In this document: in pieces, positions 34,969-48,307 of the stretch | Numbering within the stretch: the first letter of the stretch is position 1 | Layout of the letters: each line of letters begins with the position of its first letter | NCBI GenBank assembly: GCA_964291625.2 | Contig: OZ220089.1 | Span: 608,001-672,000 of the forward strand | Length of the DNA stretch: 64,000 bases | Direction: 5' to 3' | DNA from: Candidatus Latescibacterota bacterium | GTDB taxonomy: Bacteria > Latescibacterota > UBA2968 > UBA8231 | Program-made: the position numbers and the translations under genes | Notes under the pieces: generated by a model | Seen by the model: only the letters and a program-made list of their open reading frames with translations | Database searches by the model: none | What the model was told of the DNA's origin: nothing

Positions 34969-36098
34969 CTTCCTGCGCTCGGAGCGCGGCCGTCTCGAGC
35001 GGCTCGGCCTGCGCCGGTCGGTGGTGACCCCCGAGAGCCGCGCCGGGGTCCGGGCCTCCCTCCGGGGCCGCGAGTACGTCCTGTTCACCTCGAACGACTA
35101 TCTCGGGCTCGCGGCCCACCCGGAGGTGACCGCAGCCGCCGCCGAGGCGGCCGGCCGGTTCGGCGCCGGGGCGGCGGCGGCGCGGCTGCTGCACGGCTCC
35201 ACGCCCCTCCACGAGGAGCTTCAGGAACGCCTGGCGCGGCTCACGGGGAAGCCCTCCTCCCTGCTGTTCAGCTCGGGGTACATGGCCAACCTCGGGCTGC
35301 TCCCGGCCCTGGCCGGGAACGGGGACGCCGTCTTCTACGACGAGCGCGCCCACGCCTCGATCATCGACGGGGCCAGGTTGTCGCGCGCGGCGGCCCTGCC
35401 CTATCCGCACAACGACGCCGGCCGCCTGGAGGTACTTCTGCGGCGGACCCCCGCCCGGCGCCGGCTGGTCGTCACCGAGAGCGTCTTCAGCATGGACGGC
35501 GACCTGGCGCCCCTCGAGGCCCTGGGGGAAACGGCCAGGCGCCACGATGCCCTGCTGGTCGTCGACGAGGCCCACGCCATCGGGGTCTTCGGAGAGGGCT
35601 CCGGCCTCCTGGGGGGCCTGGAGCTCGACGTCCCGGCCGTCGTCACCGGGACCCTCTCCAAGGCCCTGGGCTCGATCGGCGGTTTCGTCGCCGGCGACCG
35701 GGCTCTCACCGACTTCCTCGTCGACCGGGCGCGCACCTTCATCTTCGACACCGCCCTGCCCCCGTCGGCGGTCGCCGCCGCCGCCGCCGCCCTCGGCGTG
35801 GCGCGGAAGGAGCCGTGGCGCCGGCAGCGGGCCCTCGACCTCGGCGGGACCCTGCGCTCCGGTCTGCAGGGGTCGGGCTTCCCCGCCCCATGCTCCGAAT
35901 CGCAGATCGTGCCCCTGCTCCTCGGCAGGCCGGCCGCCGCGGTCGCCGCGGAGGAGCACCTGAAGGCGCACGGCATCCTGGCGAGGGCCGTGCGTCCCCC
36001 GGCGGTGCCCCGGGGGACGTCGCGGATCCGCTTCGGGTTGACGGCGGCCCACGAGGAGGAGCACCTGGAGCGGGTCGCCGCGGCGATGGAGTGCTTCG

Positions 36099-36800
36099 GT
36101 GGGTAGGATCGTCCTCGTCACCGGGACCGACACCGGCGTCGGCAAGACGGTCGCCTGCGCCTGGCTCGCCTGGAAGGCGTCGAGGGCGGGAAGGGTGGCC
36201 CTGCTCAAGGCGGTCCAGACCGGGGCCGATCCCGGGATCGACGGCGACGAGGCGTTCTACCGCGACGCCCTCGGGGGCACCGACGTGACCCTGGGGACGC
36301 TGGCCTCCTTCCCCGAACCGCTGGCTCCCCTGATCGCCGGGCGCCGCGCCGGGCGGCCCCTCGACTTCGAGAGCCTGGCGCGGCGGTGCGAGTCCGCGGC
36401 CGCGGCCCACGACCTCACCCTCGTGGAGGGATCGGGGGGGCTCCTGGTGCCGCTCGACGAGGAGCGGGACTTCGCCGACCTCGCCATGCGCCTGGACGCC
36501 TCGCTGGCCATCGTCGTCCGCCCCGGCCTGGGGACGCTGAACCACACCGCCCTCACCCTCGAGGCGGCGGAGCGGCGGGGCCTGGAGGTCCCCCTGCTGA
36601 TCTGCAGCGGGGCCTCGCCGGACCCGGACGTTGTGGAGGGCGAGAACCTGCGTTTCTTCGCGGCCCTGGGGGAGGCGCGCCAGGCGCGCGCGCCGATGGC
36701 GCTGATGGTGATCGAGCGCGCCCTCGAAGGCGACGCCTCCAGGCCGGAGCGGCTCGCCGTCAGGATCGAGGGACCGTCGCCGGAGTGGCTGCCCGGTTGA
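36099..36800 (+). CDS. bioD: Dethiobiotin synthase
   Basis: TGTDTGVGKT, KAVQTG, VEGSGG, LGTLNHT. Confidence 0.93.
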   Translation: MGRIVLVTGTDTGVGKTVACAWLAWKASRAGRVALLKAVQTGADPGIDGDEAFYRDALGGTDVTLGTLASFPEPLAPLIAGRRAGRPLDFESLARRCESAAAAHDLTLVEGSGGLLVPLDEERDFADLAMRLDASLAIVVRPGLGTLNHTALTLEAAERRGLEVPLLICSGASPDPDVVEGENLRFFAALGEARQARAPMALMVIERALEGDASRPERLAVRIEGPSPEWLPG

Positions 36801-36822
36801 GCACGCCCCGGCCTTGATTCCC

Positions 36823-36852
36823 TTGATGGCCCGCCGCCCCGCCGCGTATACT
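36823..36852 (+). promoter_or_regulatory. Sigma70-like promoter of the AGCS symporter
   Basis: TTGATG-18 bp-TATACT; strong RBS AGGAGG before the ATG at 36885. Confidence 0.55.
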
Positions 36853-36884
36853 GACCCGAACCAACCGATGAAGAGGAGGAATCC

Positions 36885-38408
36885 ATGGGCAGAGCCATGG
36901 GAGCCCTGTTCCTGGTAGGCGCGATGGCCTCCGGGGCCCGGGCGGAGGACGACACCTGGAAGGGCGCGATCCAGGGTCAGATGGACCGCCTGGACGCGCT
37001 CTTCGCCGACACCGTCAAGCTGCTGGAGACCTTCCTCTTCGTCGACTTCGGCACCGGCGTCCCCCTCATCGTCGCCGTCCTCGTCGCCGGCGGGGTCTAC
37101 TTCAGCTTCTACTTCGGCTGGCTGTCGATCCGCGGGTTCAAGCACTCCATCGACATCATCCGCGGCCGCTACGACAACCCCGACGACCCGGGCGAGATCT
37201 CCCACTTCCAGGCCCTCACCAGCGCCCTGTCGGCGACGATCGGCCTCGGCAACATCGCCGGCGTGGCGATCGCCGTCAGCGTCGGCGGTCCCGGGGCCGT
37301 GTTCTGGATGCTCCTCACGGCCCTCATCGGCATGTCCTCCAAGCTGGCGTCCTGCACCCTGGCGGTGATGTACCGCAACGTCCACCCCGACGGCCGCGTC
37401 TCCGGCGGGCCGATGTACTACCTCGAGAAGGGGCTGGCGACGATCGGTCTGGCCCAGTTCGGCCGCACCCTGGCGGTGATCTTCGCCTTCCTCACCATCG
37501 GCGGCTCCCTGGGCGGCGGCAACATGTTCCAGGCCAACCAGACCCTCGAGATCCTCGGTACCGTGTCGCCCTGGTTCAAGAGCTACAACTGGGCCATGGG
37601 CATGATCATGGCCGGCCTCGTGGCCCTGGTCATCATCGGCGGCATCCGCCGCATCGGCCGGGTGACCTCGCGCATCGTCCCCGGCATGTGTCTGCTCTAC
37701 GCCATCACCGCGGTCTTCATCATCGTGTGGAACATCCAGGCGGTGCCGGCCACCCTCGCCCGCATCGTCTCCGACGCCTTCACCGGACCGGCAATGTACG
37801 GCGGCTTCCTCGGGGTCCTGGTCATGGGCGTCCGGCGCGCCGCCTTCTCCAACGAGGCCGGCCTCGGCTCGGCCGCCTTCGCCCACGCCGCGGCCAAGAC
37901 CGACGAGCCCGCGCGGGAGGGCATGGTGGCGATGATCGGCCCCTTCATCGACACCATCGTCATCTGCCTGATGACGGCCCTGGTCTGCACCATCACCGGC
38001 GTCTTCGAGCAGCCCGAGTTCCAGTCGGGGGGCGGCAGCATCGTCGGCGTGCGCATGACCGCCGCCGCCTTCGACTCCTTCATCCCCGGGGCCCGCTACG
38101 TGCTGGCCGTGGCCGTCCTGCTCTTCGCCTACTCGACGATGATCTCCTGGTCCTACTACGGCGAGCGCGCCTGGGAGTACCTCTTCGGCCAGGGCTCGGT
38201 CCTCGTCTACCGCCTGATCTTCGTGTTCTTCGTCTTCGCCGGATCGGTGATCACCCTGGGCAACGTCATCGGGTTCTCGGACATGATGATCCTGGGGATG
38301 GCCTTCCCCAACATCATCGGCGGGGTGCTGCTGAGCCCGCAGATCAAGGCGACGCTGAACGAGTACTGGGGACGGCTGCAGCGCGGCGAAATGAAGGTCT
38401 ACCGCTGA
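36885..38408 (+). CDS. Alanine/glycine:cation symporter (AGCS family)
   Basis: ATIGLGNIAGVA, GGPGAVFWM, GGPMYY, FSNEAGLGSA, IDTIVIC. Confidence 0.93.
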   Translation: MGRAMGALFLVGAMASGARAEDDTWKGAIQGQMDRLDALFADTVKLLETFLFVDFGTGVPLIVAVLVAGGVYFSFYFGWLSIRGFKHSIDIIRGRYDNPDDPGEISHFQALTSALSATIGLGNIAGVAIAVSVGGPGAVFWMLLTALIGMSSKLASCTLAVMYRNVHPDGRVSGGPMYYLEKGLATIGLAQFGRTLAVIFAFLTIGGSLGGGNMFQANQTLEILGTVSPWFKSYNWAMGMIMAGLVALVIIGGIRRIGRVTSRIVPGMCLLYAITAVFIIVWNIQAVPATLARIVSDAFTGPAMYGGFLGVLVMGVRRAAFSNEAGLGSAAFAHAAAKTDEPAREGMVAMIGPFIDTIVICLMTALVCTITGVFEQPEFQSGGGSIVGVRMTAAAFDSFIPGARYVLAVAVLLFAYSTMISWSYYGERAWEYLFGQGSVLVYRLIFVFFVFAGSVITLGNVIGFSDMMILGMAFPNIIGGVLLSPQIKATLNEYWGRLQRGEMKVYR

Positions 38409-38412
38409 AAGG

Positions 38413-38435
38413 CCGGGCGGCTTCGGCCGCCCCGG
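38413..38435. terminator. GC hairpin with C(UUCG)G loop between convergent genes
   Basis: GGGCGGC-TTCG-GCCGCCC just after the symporter stop; no U-tract. Confidence 0.5.
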
Positions 38436-38441
38436 ATCCGG

Positions 38442-40235
38442 TCAGTCGAGGGCGGGCGCCTCGCCGTCCTGAAGGAAGTCCTCCTCGAGGAGCAGGTCGG
38501 AGAACGACCGCCTCCAGGCCTCCGGAAACACCTGGTCGGCCTGGACCTCGAGCCTGATCCGCGACAGCATGGCGAGGCGGCTGACGCCGAAGGTCACGGT
38601 CGCCACCCTCCCGCCCCGGAGCCGCACCTCCAGGCCCTCCTTCACGCCCCGGTGCTCGACCTCGATCCAGTGGGTTCCGGCGGCGAGGTTGTGGAGCACC
38701 ACCCCCTGCAGGTCCGGGCGCAGCAGGTCGATCCGGTAGCGGCCGTCGATGCGCACCGAGACCCCCCCGGGGCCGAAGCTCTCCCCCAGGGGAGAGCGCA
38801 GCACCGCCACCGAGCCGTCGAGGGCGTCGTCCAGGGACGGGTCCACCTCGGAGGCCTCGGCCAGGGCGGCCGGGTCGCCGAGTGGCAGGATGCCGGCGGC
38901 GGCCACCCGCGGCCGGTTGCGGAACCAGGCCGGCTGCTCCTGGCGGCTGGCGAGGGTCCCGGTCCGGGTGAGGGCGTGGACGACCAGGTTGACCCCGGCC
39001 ACCAGGGCCGGTCCCGACCAGCTCGGAGGCGGCGGCTCCTCCCCCTCCTCCGCCGGCTCCCCCTCATCGGCCATATCCGCCCAGGCGCCGTGCAGCGGCA
39101 GATCGCTGACGATGGCCACCAGGGTGTCGCCGAGGGAGACGCCCCACAGGCCGTTGCGCCGGACGGCGTCGGCGGGGTCCACCAGCTCCGGATCGACGTT
39201 GGGCGGCGGCGGAGGAGCCGGAAGCTCCGGCGTCGGGTAGCTCCACGACTGCCCGAGGTCCTCGAGGTAGTCCCACCGTTCCTTGTCCTCGCCGGGAAAG
39301 CCGCCCGGAAAGCTGTAGAACGAGTGATAGAGGGGGTGCCCGGACGGGACCGGCCTTATCCCCGGGGCCTCGGGGAGGAGCTCGCGCAGGAGGGTCACGG
39401 CCTCCTTCAGGAACAGACCGCCCCCCTCGATGTAGAGCAGGCCGCCGCCGCGCAGATACTCCTCGAGGAGCGCCCTCTCCTCCGGGGAGAGCTGCAGCCG
39501 CGGCCAGTCCCCTACCGTCGGCAGGCCTTCGCCCTGCACCAGGAAGTGGACGGGGTCCCGCAGCAGCTGCGGGGTCGTGAAGTAGTGGATCGGCTCGGGC
39601 CGCACCCGCACCAGCAGCGAGGTGCGATCTCGCATGAAGCGCGACAGGTAGTCCAGCCCCCGTCCGCCGCCGGCGCCCCGGGTGTAGACGCGGGTCAGGT
39701 TGACGAAGCCGGTCATGTGCCGGCGGTTGTCGGGGTCGGAGCGGACGATGGCCCGCTCGCGGCCCTGCGCCAGGTCCCAGATCCGCATCAGGTCGAGGGA
39801 CTGGCGGCGGATGGAGTCGCCCAGGGCCTGGGCGGCGGCCAGGGACCTGACGAGATCGGGCTCGGTCTCGGACCGGAAGGAGTCCGCCCGCGCGGCGATA
39901 TCGAAGGAGCGCAGGGCCACCGGGGCGTCCGGCGCCGGCGCCGGACGGTGCGGCAGCGTCGGCTCCTCGAGCCGCGGCCGGGGGAGGAGCCCGGCGCGCC
40001 GGTACTCCATCTCCGTCCGCGGCCGGACCTCCTCCGGGCCGGCGGCCGTGAAGCGCTCGGGCTCGAAACGCAGCACCCGGCTCAGGCGGGCGCGGAAGGC
40101 CTCGGCCTCGCGCTCACCGCGGCGCCAGTCGTCGATGGTCAGCAGCACCGCGAGGTGCAGAATCAGGGAGAGGAGAAGGCTGCCGGAGAGGCGCAGGCCG
40201 GGGCGGCGGCGGGGCTTGCGGGGTCCCTCGTTCAC
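38442..40235 (-). CDS. Membrane-anchored DUF4159-like domain protein
   Basis: N-terminal SLLLSLILH anchor; LEEYLRGGGLLYIE, HPLYHSFY, GVNLVVHALT. Confidence 0.7.
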   Translation of the reverse strand: MNEGPRKPRRRPGLRLSGSLLLSLILHLAVLLTIDDWRRGEREAEAFRARLSRVLRFEPERFTAAGPEEVRPRTEMEYRRAGLLPRPRLEEPTLPHRPAPAPDAPVALRSFDIAARADSFRSETEPDLVRSLAAAQALGDSIRRQSLDLMRIWDLAQGRERAIVRSDPDNRRHMTGFVNLTRVYTRGAGGGRGLDYLSRFMRDRTSLLVRVRPEPIHYFTTPQLLRDPVHFLVQGEGLPTVGDWPRLQLSPEERALLEEYLRGGGLLYIEGGGLFLKEAVTLLRELLPEAPGIRPVPSGHPLYHSFYSFPGGFPGEDKERWDYLEDLGQSWSYPTPELPAPPPPPNVDPELVDPADAVRRNGLWGVSLGDTLVAIVSDLPLHGAWADMADEGEPAEEGEEPPPPSWSGPALVAGVNLVVHALTRTGTLASRQEQPAWFRNRPRVAAAGILPLGDPAALAEASEVDPSLDDALDGSVAVLRSPLGESFGPGGVSVRIDGRYRIDLLRPDLQGVVLHNLAAGTHWIEVEHRGVKEGLEVRLRGGRVATVTFGVSRLAMLSRIRLEVQADQVFPEAWRRSFSDLLLEEDFLQDGEAPALD

Positions 40236-40374
40236 GTCCTCTGGAGGCCTCCTCCCCGGGTCGAGGCAGGGCGGCCGCCGGAGTTGGCCCTCCGGGCGGC
40301 TTTCCCTATTTTACTCATTCCGGTTCCGATCCGCTTTCCCTCCCGGAACCGCCACTCCCACCTCAGAGAATCCC

Positions 40375-43065
<2,691 letters not shown>

Positions 43066-43073
43066 GGGGACCC

Positions 43074-44408
43074 GTGGCCGAGTTCAAGCTGCCCGACCTG
43101 GGCGAGAACATCGAATCGGGCGAGGTCATCAACGTCCTCGTCGCCGAGGGCGACGCCCTGTCCGAGGACCAGCCCGTGATCGAGCTGGAGACCGACAAGG
43201 CGGTCATCGAGGTGCCCTCCACGGTGAGCGGCACCGTGTCGAGGGTGCTGGTGGCCGAGGGCGACCGCGCCCAGGTGGGCCAGGTGATCCTCACCGTCGA
43301 GGAGACCGGCGCCGACGCCGTTGCGGCCGCCCCCGCCGCTGAGCCTCCGGCCGCCGCCCCGGCCTTCGAGCGGCAGGTCCAGGAGACGGCCGAGCCCGTT
43401 GCGGCTCCCCCGCCCCAGGAGAGCTCCCCCGCGCCTGGCGGGGACCGGGACGCAGCCGACGGCGGCGAGCCCGCCGAGACCGCGCCTGCCGCCGCAGAGC
43501 CCGAGGCGAAGCTGATCCCGGCGGCGCCCTCGGTGCGCCGGCTGGCGCGCGAGATCGGCGTCGACATCGGCCGGGCGGAGGGCACGGGCCCCGGAGGGCG
43601 CATCCGCGAGGAAGACGTGAAGACCCTCTCCCGGCGGCTTCACGAGAGCCCCGCCGCGGCGCCAGGCCCGGCCGCCGCGGCTCCCCTGCCCGACTTCTCG
43701 CGCTGGGGCGAGATCGAGGTCGAGCCCTTCAGCAACGTGCGCCGCATCACGGCACAGCGCATGGCCGCGGCCTGGTCGGCGATCCCCCACGTGACCCAGC
43801 ACGACCAGGCCGACATCACCGGGCTGGAGGCCTGGCGCAAGGGCTACGCCCCCGAGGTGGAGAAGGCCGGCGCCAAGCTGACGCCCACGGCGCTCCTCCT
43901 CAAGGTGGCGGCCTCGGCCCTGCGCGCCTTCCCGAGCTTCAACGCCAGCATCGACATGGCCGGCGAGCAGATCATCTTCAAGAACTACGTGCACATCGGC
44001 GTCGCCGTGGACACGCCCCGGGGGCTGCTGGTGCCGGTCATCCGCGACGTCGACCGCAAGTCGGTGACCGAGATCTCCCTCGAGCTGGGGGAGATGGCGG
44101 AGCGGACCCGCACCGGCAAGGTGGCCGTGGCCGACCTCGAGGGCGGCACCTTCACGGTGAGCAACCTCGGCGGCCTGGGGGGCACCGCCTTCACGCCGAT
44201 CGTCAACGCGCCGGAGGTGGCCATCCTCGGCGCCGCCCGCAGCCGCACCGAGCCCGTCTACGTCGACGGCGAGCTGCAGCCACGCCTGATCCTGCCCCTC
44301 TCCCTGTCCTACGACCACCGGCTGATCGACGGCGCCGACGGGGTCCGCTTCCTGCGCTACCTCTGCCAGGGTCTCGAGAACCCCTGGTTCCTCGCCTTCG
44401 AGAGCTGA
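43074..44408 (+). CDS. aceF: Dihydrolipoamide acetyltransferase E2, single lipoyl domain
   Basis: ETDKA, PSVRRLARE, DHRLIDG. Confidence 0.95.
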   Translation: MAEFKLPDLGENIESGEVINVLVAEGDALSEDQPVIELETDKAVIEVPSTVSGTVSRVLVAEGDRAQVGQVILTVEETGADAVAAAPAAEPPAAAPAFERQVQETAEPVAAPPPQESSPAPGGDRDAADGGEPAETAPAAAEPEAKLIPAAPSVRRLAREIGVDIGRAEGTGPGGRIREEDVKTLSRRLHESPAAAPGPAAAAPLPDFSRWGEIEVEPFSNVRRITAQRMAAAWSAIPHVTQHDQADITGLEAWRKGYAPEVEKAGAKLTPTALLLKVAASALRAFPSFNASIDMAGEQIIFKNYVHIGVAVDTPRGLLVPVIRDVDRKSVTEISLELGEMAERTRTGKVAVADLEGGTFTVSNLGGLGGTAFTPIVNAPEVAILGAARSRTEPVYVDGELQPRLILPLSLSYDHRLIDGADGVRFLRYLCQGLENPWFLAFES

Positions 44409-44412
44409 ACCG

Positions 44413-45831
44413 ATGGCCGAGCGCACACAAGTCGCCGTGATCGGCGGCGGGCCCGGAGGCTACGTGGCCGCCTTCCGCGCCGCCGACCTGGGTCTGCGGG
44501 TCACCCTCGTCGACCCGGAGGAGCGCCCCGGCGGCGTCTGCCTCTACCGCGGCTGCATCCCCTCCAAGGCGCTGCTGCACGTGGGCCGGCTGCTGTCCGA
44601 GGCGCGGGAAGCGGAGGAGTGGGGGGTCTCCTTCGGCGAGCCCCGGATCGACCTGGGGAAGCTGCGCGCCCACCGGGACCGCGTGGTGGCGAACATGTCC
44701 GGGGGCCTCGGCCAGCTCTCCAGGGGACGGGGCGTAACCCTCGTGCGGGGCCTGGCGCGCCTCACCGGCCCGCAGTCGCTGCGGGTCGAAGCCGCCGACG
44801 GCGGGTCCCGCGAGATCGGCTTCGAGCACGCCGTGCTGGCCACGGGATCGCGGCCGATCCCGCTGCCCGCCTTCGACATCGGCAGCGACCGCGTCATGGA
44901 CTCCACCGGGGCCCTGGAGCTGACCGGCGTGCCCGAGCGGCTGCTCGTGGTGGGCGGCGGCATCATCGGCCTCGAGCTCGGCCAGGTCTACGCGGCCCTG
45001 GGCTCGCGGGTGACGGTGGTGGAGATGACCGACGGCCTCGTCCCCGGCGCCGACCGCGACCTCGTGCGCGTCCTGCACAAACGGCTCGAGGAGCAGTTCG
45101 AGGCGATCCACCTCGGCAGCGCGGTGACCGCGGCGGCCGAGACCGCCGACGGCCTCGCCGTGACCTGGGAGCCGACGGCCGCGGGGACTGCCGAGACGCG
45201 GACCTTCGACGGCGTCCTGCAGTCGGTCGGCCGGCGCCCGAACACCGAGGAGATCGGCCTGGAGACGACGGCTGTCGCCCTCGACCCGAAGGGGTTCGTC
45301 GAGGTCGATGCGCAGCGCCGCACGGCGGAGCCCTCGATCTTCGCCGTGGGCGACGTCATCGGCTCGGCCTTGGCCCACACCGCCTCCCACGAGGGCACGA
45401 TCGCCGCCGACGTCATCGCCGGCCGGCGCGCCGCCTTCGAGCCCAACGCCATCCCGAGTGTCGTCTACACCGACCCGGAGATCGCCTGGTGCGGCCTCAC
45501 CGAGACCGAGGCCCAGGCCCGGAACCTCGACGTCTCGATCGCGCGCTTCCCCTGGTCCGCCTCGGGGCGCGCCATCACCCTCGGCCGCAGCGACGGCGTG
45601 ACCAAGCTCCTCGTCGAGCCCGCCACCGAGCGCATCCTGGGCGTCGGCGTGGCCGGCCCCGGCGCCGGCGAGCTGATCGCCGAGGGCGTGCTGGCCGTGG
45701 AGATGGCCGCCGTGGTGCAGGACCTGGCCCTCTCCATCCATCCCCACCCCACCCTCTCCGAGACCCTGATGGAGGCGGCCGAGGCCTACCACGGGCTCAG
45801 CTCCCACATCATCGCTCCCAAACGACCCTAG
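44413..45831 (+). CDS. lpdA: Dihydrolipoamide dehydrogenase
   Basis: GGGPGGY, CLYRGCIPSK, HPHPTLSE. Confidence 0.96.
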   Translation: MAERTQVAVIGGGPGGYVAAFRAADLGLRVTLVDPEERPGGVCLYRGCIPSKALLHVGRLLSEAREAEEWGVSFGEPRIDLGKLRAHRDRVVANMSGGLGQLSRGRGVTLVRGLARLTGPQSLRVEAADGGSREIGFEHAVLATGSRPIPLPAFDIGSDRVMDSTGALELTGVPERLLVVGGGIIGLELGQVYAALGSRVTVVEMTDGLVPGADRDLVRVLHKRLEEQFEAIHLGSAVTAAAETADGLAVTWEPTAAGTAETRTFDGVLQSVGRRPNTEEIGLETTAVALDPKGFVEVDAQRRTAEPSIFAVGDVIGSALAHTASHEGTIAADVIAGRRAAFEPNAIPSVVYTDPEIAWCGLTETEAQARNLDVSIARFPWSASGRAITLGRSDGVTKLLVEPATERILGVGVAGPGAGELIAEGVLAVEMAAVVQDLALSIHPHPTLSETLMEAAEAYHGLSSHIIAPKRP

Positions 45832-45928
45832 ACGCCGGCTCCGGTTGCCGGCCGCCGGAGTCCCTGGCTATCTTGTGGGGACTCCCCGCCCGGCCCCGCT
45901 CAACACCACACTCCAGCTACTGTCCCGC

Positions 45929-48076
45929 ATGTCCGTCAAGCTCCGTCAGGCGCTCGGGTCCGCCGTTCTGGCCGGGCTCCTGCTGCTGCCCTTCGCCGCC
46001 CGGCTCTACCGGGAGAGCCCGCCACCGTCGCCGCCGCCGCCACCACCGCTTCCGGCTCTGACGGCGCCCTCCGAGGTGGTGGTCCTGATCCGCCGCCACC
46101 GCTACGAGGAAGCCTACGCCTCCCTTCGCAGGTCCGGCCCCCCGGCGGACCCGGCCCCCGCCACCCTCTACCAGTTCCGCCTGGCCGTGTGCGAGCGCGC
46201 CCTGGGGTTGGCCGACAGCGCCCATGCGCGCCTGCTGCGCCTCGAGGGCCGGCGCCCCGAGATCGAGGCCTACCGCCGTCTGTGGCTGGCCCACACCCTG
46301 CAGTCGCTGGACCGGCGGGAGGAGGCGATCGCAGGCTATGAAGCGCTGCTCGTGGAGGGCGGCAACGAGGCCGTGGCCGACTCCGCCCGCCTCTACCTGG
46401 CCCGGCTCTTCGTGGCCGGCGGGGACCACCGCAGGGCCCTCGCCCTCTACCGCGCTCAGCGCGCCGCCGTGGGTCCCAGCGCGCCGCTGCTGCACAGCAT
46501 CGCCGAGGGGCTGAAGCGCAGCGGCGACGAGGCGGGGCACCGCGAGACCTTGATGGAGCTGATGGAGCGCTACGCCGCCAGCCGCATGGCCCTCCGGGTG
46601 GCGGCGCGCTTTCGGCCGCGCACCATCGACGAGCGTTACACCCGGGCCCAGGTCTACGCCCGCCACGGGGACGACCGTGCCATCTCCGACCTGCAGCAGG
46701 TGGTCCGCAACGCCCCGGGCCACGACCTGGCCCCCCACGCCGCCTACGCCCTAGGCCGCGCCCTGGGGCGCTCCGGACAGTTCGACCGCGCCCGGGCGAC
46801 CTACAGGCGCCTGTACGACGACCACGGCTGGGCCCCCGCCCTCTACCGGATCGCCGGACTCGACGTCCGCGCCGGCCGCGACCAGGAGGCGATCGAGGCC
46901 TACATGGACCTCTCGCGGAAACATCCGCGCCACGCCCTCGCCGACGACGCCCTGTGGCAGGCCGCCAAGGCCGCCGAGCGCAAGGGCCACTTCGAGCGCG
47001 CCGGCAGCATCCACGCCGAGCTGGCCAGTCGGTTCCCCTCGAGCGAGCACGCCGAGGACGCCTCCTGGGGGGCCGGGTTCAGCCTCTACTGCCGGGAGCG
47101 GTTCGAGGAGGCCGCCGCCGGGTTCGCCGAGCTGAGCCGCAAGGCCCGCCAGCCGCACCTGGTAGACCAGAGCCTCTACTGGGCCGGCAAGAGCGCCTGG
47201 CGCCTGGGCCGGGAGGACGAGGCCGGCGGCCACTTCACCGACGCGGCCCTCGGCTTTCCGCGCTCGTACTACTCGGCGCGCGCCGTGAGCCTCGGCTACG
47301 GCGAGGCCCGCCTGCCGGCCCCGGTCCTGGTGTCGAAGGCGCCGGCCCGCGGCGTTCTGCGGGAGGTCGATCACCTGCGGCGGGCCCTGTCCCTCGGCGA
47401 GCTGGGCCTGGCCTCCACCGCCGAGCGCGAGCTGCGCCTGGCGGAGCGGGCCAACGAGGGAGAGAGGGGGGCCCTGCGGGTCCTGCGCGAGGCCTACGAG
47501 TCGCTGGGGCTGCACACGCGCGCCATGCAGCTGACGGCGCGGATCGGCGACGGCGGCGGCAACACCACCCGCCTCTATCCGAGCTACTACTGGGAGGAGG
47601 TCGAGGCCGCCTCGAAGAAGGCCCAGGTCGACCCCTTCCTGGTGCTGTCGGTGATCCGCCAGGAGAGCTTCTTCAACGAGTCCGCCGTCTCCCGGGCCGG
47701 CGCCGTGGGCCTGATGCAGATCATGCCCAAGACGGGCCGCAAGCTCGCCCGCCGCTTCGGCCTGCAGCCGTTCCACCGGCGCCAGCTCTTCGACCCCGGA
47801 CTGTCGATCCAGCTCGGAACCCGCTACCTGGCCGACCAGATGCGCGCCTTCGAGAACGCCGGCGGCGGCGGGCTCCGGTTCCAGCTCGGTCTGGCCGCCT
47901 ACAACGCCGGACCTCACGTGGCCAGGCGCTGGGTGGAGCGCTTCCCCCTCGAGGACGAGGACGTCTTCGTGGAGCGCATCCCCTACCGCGAGACCCGGCT
48001 CTACGTGAAGAAGGTCCTCAAGAGCTACACCATCTACAAGGCTCTCCACCGGAGCCGGGACGCCGACAGGGCATGA
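45929..48076 (+). CDS. Soluble lytic transglycosylase-like protein with TPR repeats
   Basis: N-terminal TM, Pro-rich linker, TPR-like helices; IRQES, GLMQIMP, AAYNAG, ETRLYV. Confidence 0.9.
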   Translation: MSVKLRQALGSAVLAGLLLLPFAARLYRESPPPSPPPPPPLPALTAPSEVVVLIRRHRYEEAYASLRRSGPPADPAPATLYQFRLAVCERALGLADSAHARLLRLEGRRPEIEAYRRLWLAHTLQSLDRREEAIAGYEALLVEGGNEAVADSARLYLARLFVAGGDHRRALALYRAQRAAVGPSAPLLHSIAEGLKRSGDEAGHRETLMELMERYAASRMALRVAARFRPRTIDERYTRAQVYARHGDDRAISDLQQVVRNAPGHDLAPHAAYALGRALGRSGQFDRARATYRRLYDDHGWAPALYRIAGLDVRAGRDQEAIEAYMDLSRKHPRHALADDALWQAAKAAERKGHFERAGSIHAELASRFPSSEHAEDASWGAGFSLYCRERFEEAAAGFAELSRKARQPHLVDQSLYWAGKSAWRLGREDEAGGHFTDAALGFPRSYYSARAVSLGYGEARLPAPVLVSKAPARGVLREVDHLRRALSLGELGLASTAERELRLAERANEGERGALRVLREAYESLGLHTRAMQLTARIGDGGGNTTRLYPSYYWEEVEAASKKAQVDPFLVLSVIRQESFFNESAVSRAGAVGLMQIMPKTGRKLARRFGLQPFHRRQLFDPGLSIQLGTRYLADQMRAFENAGGGGLRFQLGLAAYNAGPHVARRWVERFPLEDEDVFVERIPYRETRLYVKKVLKSYTIYKALHRSRDADRA

Positions 48077-48303
48077 TCCCCTCCCCTTCCGATCCGCAGA
48101 AGCCCGACCCCGGCCGCCGGGGCCGCCTCGCGGAGGACATCTTCATCCTCCTCTGCATCCTGAGCCTGTGGCCGGTGATCCTCGGCTGGAGCCACCCGGC
48201 CTTCGAGTTCCTGCTCTACGCCGCCCTGGCGGGGCTGGTCCTCATCCTCGTCCGGCGCGTGCGCCGCTTCACCCAGGCCCGCCGCGAGGCCGACGGGGAC
48301 TGA
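48073..48303 (+). CDS. Small two-TM membrane protein (76 aa)
   Basis: ATGA overlap with the transglycosylase stop; two hydrophobic helices and a basic tail. Confidence 0.65.
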   Translation: MIPSPSDPQKPDPGRRGRLAEDIFILLCILSLWPVILGWSHPAFEFLLYAALAGLVLILVRRVRRFTQARREADGD

Positions 48304-48307
48304 CCCT

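Noticed and set aside
46015-46055. ccg/cca repeat tract
   Set aside because: Encodes an ordinary poly-Pro linker in the transglycosylase
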